IMG/VR virus record: IMGVR_UViG_2687453420_000003
DNA from: an uncultured virus (IMG/VR IMGVR_UViG_2687453420_000003)
Lineage: Duplodnaviria; Heunggongvirae; Uroviricota; Caudoviricetes
Direction: 5' to 3' (one strand)
Length of the DNA stretch: 64,000 nt
The position numbers and the translations under genes are program-made. How positions within the stretch are numbered: the first letter of the stretch is position 1; every line of letters starts with the position of its first letter. Shown here one piece after another: positions 59,607 to 64,000 of the stretch. The notes under the pieces are model-generated. The model saw only the letters and a list, made by a program, of their open reading frames with translations, did no database searches and was not told the DNA's origin.

Positions 59607-59771
59607 TTATTTAAAATATAATTCTTTTAAATCATTTATTATTTTCTCTCTAACTCTTTCCGCCATTTTACTCTGTGGTATTTTATCATTGTTTATATAA
59701 GCTGATATAATCTCTTTTTTATCTTGTTTTACTAATTCAATTAAATAAGGTATATATTTTTGTTCTAACAC
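59607..59771 (-). CDS. 54-aa hypothetical protein (not in ORF track)
   Basis: GTG start after gagggag; MLEQKYIPYLIELVKQDKKEII... Confidence 0.65.
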   Translation of the reverse strand: MLEQKYIPYLIELVKQDKKEIISAYINNDKIPQSKMAERVREKIINDLKELYFK

Positions 59772-59824
59772 AGAATCACTCCCTCAAAATTATTTCATTC
59801 CTGGATATACTTTTGTATTCTGAT

Positions 59825-60136
59825 TTATTCTTCAATATATTCATTTCCTATTAATCCATCTTCCCAATTAGGATTAAGTGCTTTACAAGTCTCATATAAT
59901 GCTTGTAAATAATCACTTCTATCATTGAAATAAATAGCATTATTAGCTATAGCAAAAGCTTTCTCCATTCTTTCTTCCGCGTTATTCACTGATCTACATA
60001 TGAATTCAGCTTCAGCACTTCCTACATTTTTACAATAAGTAGCCCCATTTGCTCCAATAACATCATAACTTCTGATACCGTCAAATTCTGCTTTTTTACT
60101 TTCTTCATATTTCAAATGAATCATATGAAATTTCAT
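59825..60136 (-). CDS. Hypothetical protein
   Basis: Likely start MKFHMIH after aagggtgg; the ORF-track N-terminal extension runs through the repeat site. Confidence 0.7.
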   Translation of the reverse strand: MKFHMIHLKYEESKKAEFDGIRSYDVIGANGATYCKNVGSAEAEFICRSVNNAEERMEKAFAIANNAIYFNDRSDYLQALYETCKALNPNWEDGLIGNEYIEE

Positions 60137-60200
60137 TTTTACCACCCTTTCACAAATTCGCCTTAATTTCATTTCTGGATCTTATCTTTGAATTGTGACA

Positions 60201-60623
60201 CTAAAACACTACAACCATACTTGGAAATGGCGCTGAGTTTTTAGCATCTCCGAATTTTAACCTACCTTTTACAAATCTTATTTCCTTAACTTTATGATAA
60301 ATATATTCATGAAAATACTTTGTATCTGTTCTAGCTGGTATTAACATTACTACTGTTGTATTAGGTTTTAGACTTTCTTCATAACACTTTTTAACCCAAT
60401 CCTTTAAAACCCTACCATATGGAGGATTACAAAATACTTTATATCCTTGCCAATCCTGTTTTAGTCCATCTATTTCTTTGGTAAAATATTTAGAACACTT
60501 AGCATTTTCATGGGTAGCACATGGATCTAGATCAAAGTTAAACTCTTTATTTAATTTATCAAAGAAGTCTTGCGGTGTTGCCCATAAATCCGTTTCACTA
60601 CTAAACATTACCGCTGTATTCAA
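60201..60623 (-). CDS. Phage DNA N6-adenine methyltransferase (Dam-like)
   Basis: WATPQDFF, LDPCA, FCNPPY, LIPARTDT, APFPS. Confidence 0.92.
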   Translation of the reverse strand: MNTAVMFSSETDLWATPQDFFDKLNKEFNFDLDPCATHENAKCSKYFTKEIDGLKQDWQGYKVFCNPPYGRVLKDWVKKCYEESLKPNTTVVMLIPARTDTKYFHEYIYHKVKEIRFVKGRLKFGDAKNSAPFPSMVVVF

Positions 60624-60658
60624 TTTATCACCTTCTTTTCTGTCGCCTTAATTTCAAA

Positions 60659-60937
60659 TTACGAATTAATATAAAAATTAATTTTACTTTTAAATTCCCA
60701 TCTTCTTTTTAGCAACTTTCTATTGTGTTTATTTATTTCTTTTTCTAAGTCCATATTTTCTGTTTTTACTTTTGTATACAACATACCGATAAGGACTTGC
60801 ATATTGTCCAATATCTCTTCAGTAGTGTTTTGTTTATCTCCATTTATAATTGCTTCCTTAACTTCCTTAAATTCTTCCTGTAGCTTTAAGAGTTCTTCTG
60901 GTAATGTTTCTTCTTTATCTAAAATCATTAAATGCAC
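60659..60937 (-). CDS. MazG-like nucleotide pyrophosphohydrolase
   Basis: KLQEEFKEV...TEEILDNMQV; homolog of 3272-3553. Confidence 0.65.
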   Translation of the reverse strand: MHLMILDKEETLPEELLKLQEEFKEVKEAIINGDKQNTTEEILDNMQVLIGMLYTKVKTENMDLEKEINKHNRKLLKRRWEFKSKINFYINS

Positions 60938-61251
60938 TATTCTTCTTCCTCCAATATTGATTTAAAATCGTCATAATCTTCTTCAAAACAATTTTTATAA
61001 TCTTTTATGCAATTTCCTTGATACTCAAATATGTCATTTAACTGTATGCAGATATACCCATTCACTAAAAACACCTCTATTTGATTTTCTGGTTCAAAAT
61101 ACTCTGTACCAACAGCCTTTTGAAATTCTGTTAATTCATCAAAATCAACAAATGTTATAGCTTCTACATTTTCTGGTTCATTATCATTGTGGTATAAATG
61201 TGTTTCATGCTCTTTTAGGAATTCATATAATTCTAAATTTATTTCAATCAT
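60937..61251 (-). CDS. Acidic hypothetical protein
   Basis: 104 aa, very D/E-rich. Confidence 0.7.
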   Translation of the reverse strand: MIEINLELYEFLKEHETHLYHNDNEPENVEAITFVDFDELTEFQKAVGTEYFEPENQIEVFLVNGYICIQLNDIFEYQGNCIKDYKNCFEEDYDDFKSILEEEE

Positions 61252-61760
61252 TATTTATCTCCCTCATTTCCTTTTATAGTATATTTAAAATCATTCATCC
61301 TAATTGGAAGTGTTACATAAGTTATGTCTTCAGATTTAAATATTACTGGTGTTACTGGACTTTCAGCATAAATTTCATAATGCCTAATATTTATATTTTT
61401 TAATAACTCTTTATTTATAAATATCAACTCATTGTTTACTTTAAATATTTGCATTTTACAATAACTATCTTCATACACAAAAGGTAACATTGTAGCTTCT
61501 ATTTTATTAGACATATCAAAGTATTCTAATACGTTTAAATTGCCCCATTCTCTTAACTCACCATTTTTAACACAAAATCCATTCTTTAAATCTTGGAAAG
61601 TTTGCTTTTTTATTACCTTCTTATAACTACTAAGCTTATTAGATATCTTAAACCCTGTGTATTCATCTATTACTACGAAAAACTTTTTACATGGAATAAA
61701 TACAAAGGTGTTCGTTAAAGCATTTTTAACCCATCTTTCAAATAGTTTTATATCTGTCAT
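61251..61760 (-). CDS. Hypothetical protein with beta-clamp-like C-terminal motif
   Basis: PVTPVIFK...YVTLPIRM resembles the DnaN C-terminus. Confidence 0.55.
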   Translation of the reverse strand: MTDIKLFERWVKNALTNTFVFIPCKKFFVVIDEYTGFKISNKLSSYKKVIKKQTFQDLKNGFCVKNGELREWGNLNVLEYFDMSNKIEATMLPFVYEDSYCKMQIFKVNNELIFINKELLKNINIRHYEIYAESPVTPVIFKSEDITYVTLPIRMNDFKYTIKGNEGDK

Positions 61761-61762
61761 GA

Positions 61763-62305
61763 TTACCTATCCCCCTCAATCATTTTATTGCCTATATTTC
61801 CTAACATTTTTTTTATTGATGTAGGTATTTGTTTTTCTTCTTTTTTTCTTATTACTGTTGCTTTGTAGCTTCTCATAAAATTAGAACCTATTACTTTTTC
61901 AATTCCGTCTACAGTTTCCTGGCTCCAATTATGAAGTATATTGTGACTGCCTATTGCCTGTTGAATCTTTTCAGGCAACTTATTAAATTCTTCTTCAGCA
62001 TTATAAGCAGAATTTTTAATAGCCTTTCTAACTAGTCCCCATGCTTCAATCTCTGTCATTTCACTTTGTCCGCCACTAGTTATATAATTTATAGCTTCTA
62101 TTACTTCCGCCACACTTGGTGGAAACTTATTAGTTGCTATAATCTTTTTAATAGCTATTTGTACTACGTTATATGGATAGTCCTCTAACATAGTGCTCCA
62201 TAAATTGACCATAGTTTTAGCATCCGTAGGCTTTAAATCTCTAGCCCATTGTGGGTATGCTGCCTTTATAATACTTAATATTTTTATAGTTTCTTCTAGT
62301 ATCAT
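61763..62305 (-). CDS. Replicative helicase loader/inhibitor (G39P-like)
   Basis: ETIKILSIIKAAYP, LWSTMLEDY, KFPPSVAE. Confidence 0.82.
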   Translation of the reverse strand: MILEETIKILSIIKAAYPQWARDLKPTDAKTMVNLWSTMLEDYPYNVVQIAIKKIIATNKFPPSVAEVIEAINYITSGGQSEMTEIEAWGLVRKAIKNSAYNAEEEFNKLPEKIQQAIGSHNILHNWSQETVDGIEKVIGSNFMRSYKATVIRKKEEKQIPTSIKKMLGNIGNKMIEGDR

Positions 62306-63138
62306 CTACATACCCCCATTCAACATATTTAAAAATGGGTTGCTTGAATCAGTATTACTTGAATTTTGTTTTATGGATTCTTGCTTCAATGGGAATACAC
62401 CTTTCCAACTGTTCATTATTGATTGTTCTAATATTTTTATTTTATATCATCATCATTAGATAATTTATCTAGGTTTTTAAGCATTAAGTCTAATGCATTA
62501 TTTGTCATTTTAGATTTTATTAGAGTTCTCATTTTTATAAATTCTAATATAGTATTTTTTAATTCTTCATTTTCTGTATATTCATCAATTATTGTATTGT
62601 AAGTTTTCTTAGTACCTTCTTTCTTACTTCCTTTCTTTTTTTTCTTTTTCTCTAACTCTGTATCTTTCTCTATATCTAACTCTATATCTATCTCTTTCTC
62701 TAACTCTATCTCTGGTGGACGTTCGTCAGACATTTGTCCTTTTGGTAATAAATTTTGTTTTTCCGTTTCTATTTTCTTTCTATATGCTCTTTTTCTATCT
62801 CCCTCTGAACTACTCTTACCTATAAAGTTTTGTATATCTAGCATGTAAATAGCTCCATTGTCCAATATTTCTATTAATCCTAACTCTATAAATACTTTTA
62901 TAGCCTTTTCTACAATTGCAATGTTGTGCCCTGTTACTGTAGCAACCATCTTAGGGTTGTATGGAATATGTTCCTTAAACATTAATCTTCCTTCATTTTT
63001 AAGTGATTTTAAATATAGTTTCATTAATATATCTGAGTATAAATACCCATTATCCATGCTTTGTAAAATCTTTATATCTTCTGTATCATAAAAATTTTCT
63101 TTAATTCTTAGATAATAATATTTTTTATTATCACTCAA
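62306..63138 (-). CDS. Phage replisome organizer; 1-nt frameshift at ~62440
   Basis: KKYYYLRIKENFY, LMKLYLKSL; alternative frame KILEQSIMNSWKGVFPLK...NPF to stop at 62306. Confidence 0.85.
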
Positions 63139-63342
63139 GGTTTGACCCTCCTAACTTTGTAGAAATTCTATTATGTCTTTTAAACTTTACAAATACTTCA
63201 ATTTCTTATAAACTGTACTTAACGTTTTATATTTAAGTTTTTTGGTGGCTTAAGCCATCTCTTTTTTTATCTGAAAATATCCTAAAGTTTGGTTACTATA
63301 ACCAATGTCTTTAAATTTAACTATCATTTTTACACCTTCTTT

Positions 63343-63525
63343 CTATGCACATCTTTTAAAAATACTTGCACTTCTTATTGCAATGTCTAAAACATAATCT
63401 AAGCTTGTACACTTTCTAAAGCTAACTCTATTGAACTTAATATCATCTGTTGTAATTTCAGCAACTATTGCAAATTCTTCTTTTGTTAAATTGATTCCCC
63501 TTTCTTTTAATAACTTTCTTAACAT
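63343..63525 (-). CDS. Hypothetical phage protein
   Basis: 60 aa, aggag RBS. Confidence 0.65.
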   Translation of the reverse strand: MLRKLLKERGINLTKEEFAIVAEITTDDIKFNRVSFRKCTSLDYVLDIAIRSASIFKRCA

Positions 63526-63526
63526 T

Positions 63527-63787
63527 CTAAATCTCCTTTACTATCTCAACATTTTTAAATATCCAATTTAGTGCAAATATTTTTAAATCGTTATGATCTA
63601 CAATGACCTCATCCTCTAGCAAATCAACTTCTTCGAAAAATTCATAATTCTCTCCATCGAGTATTTTAATAGTTAAGTTAAATATTTCTTGATCGTATGA
63701 GAATCTAAAAATATCTATATCCACATAAAGCATTGTTCCTGTAGAAACATTTAAATTTAAATCTGTTGTTTTTATTTTTTTACTCAT
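63527..63787 (-). CDS. Hypothetical phage protein
   Basis: 86 aa, aggagg RBS. Confidence 0.7.
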   Translation of the reverse strand: MSKKIKTTDLNLNVSTGTMLYVDIDIFRFSYDQEIFNLTIKILDGENYEFFEEVDLLEDEVIVDHNDLKIFALNWIFKNVEIVKEI

Positions 63788-63798
63788 TTTTAATCCTC

Positions 63799-64000
63799 CT
63801 AAAAACTTACTTGGTTATTTAATATTTCAATTTCATTTGCTAATGCTCTTGGTAATTTATATTCACTTATAAATTTCTTGGCATCTTCTAAATATTTTCT
63901 TTTTATTGCTGCACAACTTGTTACATCAAATTCTCTCCAAACTTGTTTGTATATGTCTGAGAATACTTTTCTATTTAATTCCTTATATGCTGGAGTACCC
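63799..64000 (-). CDS. C-terminus of ORF6C-domain antirepressor-like protein (partial)
   Basis: GTPAYKELNRKVFSDIYKQVWREFDVTSCAAIKRKYLEDAKKFISEYKLP. Confidence 0.75.
   Translation of the reverse strand, partial: GTPAYKELNRKVFSDIYKQVWREFDVTSCAAIKRKYLEDAKKFISEYKLPRALANEIEILNNQVSF

Larger units (their letters stand above)
58014..60664 (-). repeat. Array of cassette-boundary sites
   Basis: Long sites 58014-58055, 58689-58729, 59008-59049, 59784-59823, 60158-60198; short sites 58284-58305, 60643-60664; partial ~59277-59298. Confidence 0.8.
30260..64000. mobile_element. Prophage 2, HK97-like cos siphophage (left boundary approximate; continues right of window)
   Basis: Complete lysis-tail-head-packaging module plus early/replication genes on the minus strand and accessory HTH/lipoprotein genes at the end. 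Confidence 0.93.

Noticed and set aside
57530..60664. CRISPR array or classical integron
   Set aside because: Repeats are degenerate and separated by whole genes of variable length; no cas genes; no GTTRRRY/RYYYAAC attC ends; the recombinase is far shorter than IntI
62636..62712. Short repeats (tctatatc/ctaactct) in the replisome organizer
   Set aside because: Match the low-complexity EIELEKEIDIELDIEKD linker; may belong to the origin but iterons could not be defined
1..64000. tRNA, rRNA, neurotoxin or IS transposase genes
   Set aside because: None recognised

Overview
AT-rich low-GC Firmicute chromosome segment; gene content suggests a proteolytic Clostridium (C. botulinum/C. sporogenes-like; inference). 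It has three blocks. (1) 1-~16520: early/immunity half of prophage 1, with replication, RecT/YqaJ, antirepressor, Cro/CI, ImmA, DUF4041 and a large serine integrase. It appears inserted into the 5' end of a host FAD/Fe-S oxidoreductase gene. (2) ~16520-30250: host genes, namely a Spo0E-like phosphatase, lipoprotein, msrB, sod, an IrtAB/YbtPQ-like ABC pair with AraC regulator, and a peptide-resistance ABC with a two-component system. (3) ~30260-64000: most of prophage 2, an HK97-like cos siphophage with accessory end, lysis, tail, head, packaging, a stand-alone tyrosine recombinase, ArpU and early/replication genes. The most notable signal is a family of 22-bp and 40-42-bp sites with inverted 7-bp arms. 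They start at or just after stop codons and delimit small promoterless genes in both prophages, and one gene unit is duplicated with homology ending inside the sites. This resembles an integron-like gene-cassette array and lies about 2 kb from an otherwise unexplained tyrosine recombinase. Several single-base frameshifts in prophage genes may be assembly errors. All family calls are from motif recognition by eye; no searches were run.
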